Assembly: GCA_050741975.1 (NCBI GenBank)
Contig: JBOGET010000043.1
Location: forward strand, 14,935-78,934
DNA length: 64,000 nucleotides
Source of the DNA: Acidimicrobiia bacterium
GTDB taxonomy: Bacteria; Actinomycetota; Acidimicrobiia; Spongiisociales; ZC4RG35
Reading direction: 5' to 3'
Of this stretch, positions 63,909 to 64,000 are shown piece after piece. The translations under genes and the position numbers were made by a program. The notes under the pieces were generated by a model. That model saw nothing but the letters and a program-made list of their open reading frames with translations, was not told the DNA's origin and did no database searches. The first letter of the stretch is position 1, and every line of letters starts with the position of its first letter.

Positions 63909-64000
63909 GTGTCTGAGGCTACCGAGAACCTATGACCTGGCACTCCAACACACAACGCATCGGCGGAGCCGATGCGTTGTGCATTGTCTGACGCGGGACG

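Overview
This window is a high-GC, Actinomycetota-type chromosome segment centred on the replication origin. All calls rest on reading the ORF translations and the DNA by eye: no searches, folding or GC statistics were run, and functions are assigned from recognised motifs and synteny.

Gene layout:
- Origin block: dnaN<-dnaA on the minus strand, then rpmH-rnpA-yidD-yidC-jag-rsmG-parA-parB on the plus strand.
- Mycobacterium-like envelope block on the minus strand: cwlM-like, trxA, trxB, anti-sigma, sigM-like ECF sigma, and an MviN-type pseudokinase.
- Housekeeping genes: GNAT, HDAC, pilT, cca, argGH, pepP, uppS, pyrE, nfo, secDF, panB, rpsF-ssb-rpsR-rplI-dnaB, ppa, kup, dcd.
- Right-hand region: methyltransferase, CDF transporter, thrB, IS481 remnant, AlkZ-like gene, two more ECF sigma/anti-sigma pairs, cimA, a copper/redox gene group, bS22, PAC2.

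Accessory region:
- An element of about 11.7 kb (39818-51553) is inserted at tRNA-Gly(CCC) and bounded by a perfect 40-bp direct repeat.
- It carries a tyrosine integrase, an excisionase-like HTH protein and a MobF relaxase. Its lower-GC cargo is an ECF sigma/anti-sigma pair, two secreted or anchored Cys-containing proteins, an ABC ATPase and two unrecognised membrane proteins.
- The element lies on the 5' side of the tRNA.
- It is followed by a decayed second copy, visible as an integrase N-terminal remnant.

Other observations:
- A ~130-bp conserved element directly abuts the start codons of both the cwlM-like gene and the pseudokinase gene.
- An Ile-Ile-Ile leader peptide plus a terminator hairpin lies upstream of cimA.
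- DnaA-box clusters lie on both sides of dnaA, in a bipartite-looking arrangement.
- A C6/G6 hairpin repeat family occurs at two loci.
- Three apparent frameshifts (two look like 1-nt losses) may be assembly errors.

No CRISPR array or rRNA was seen.
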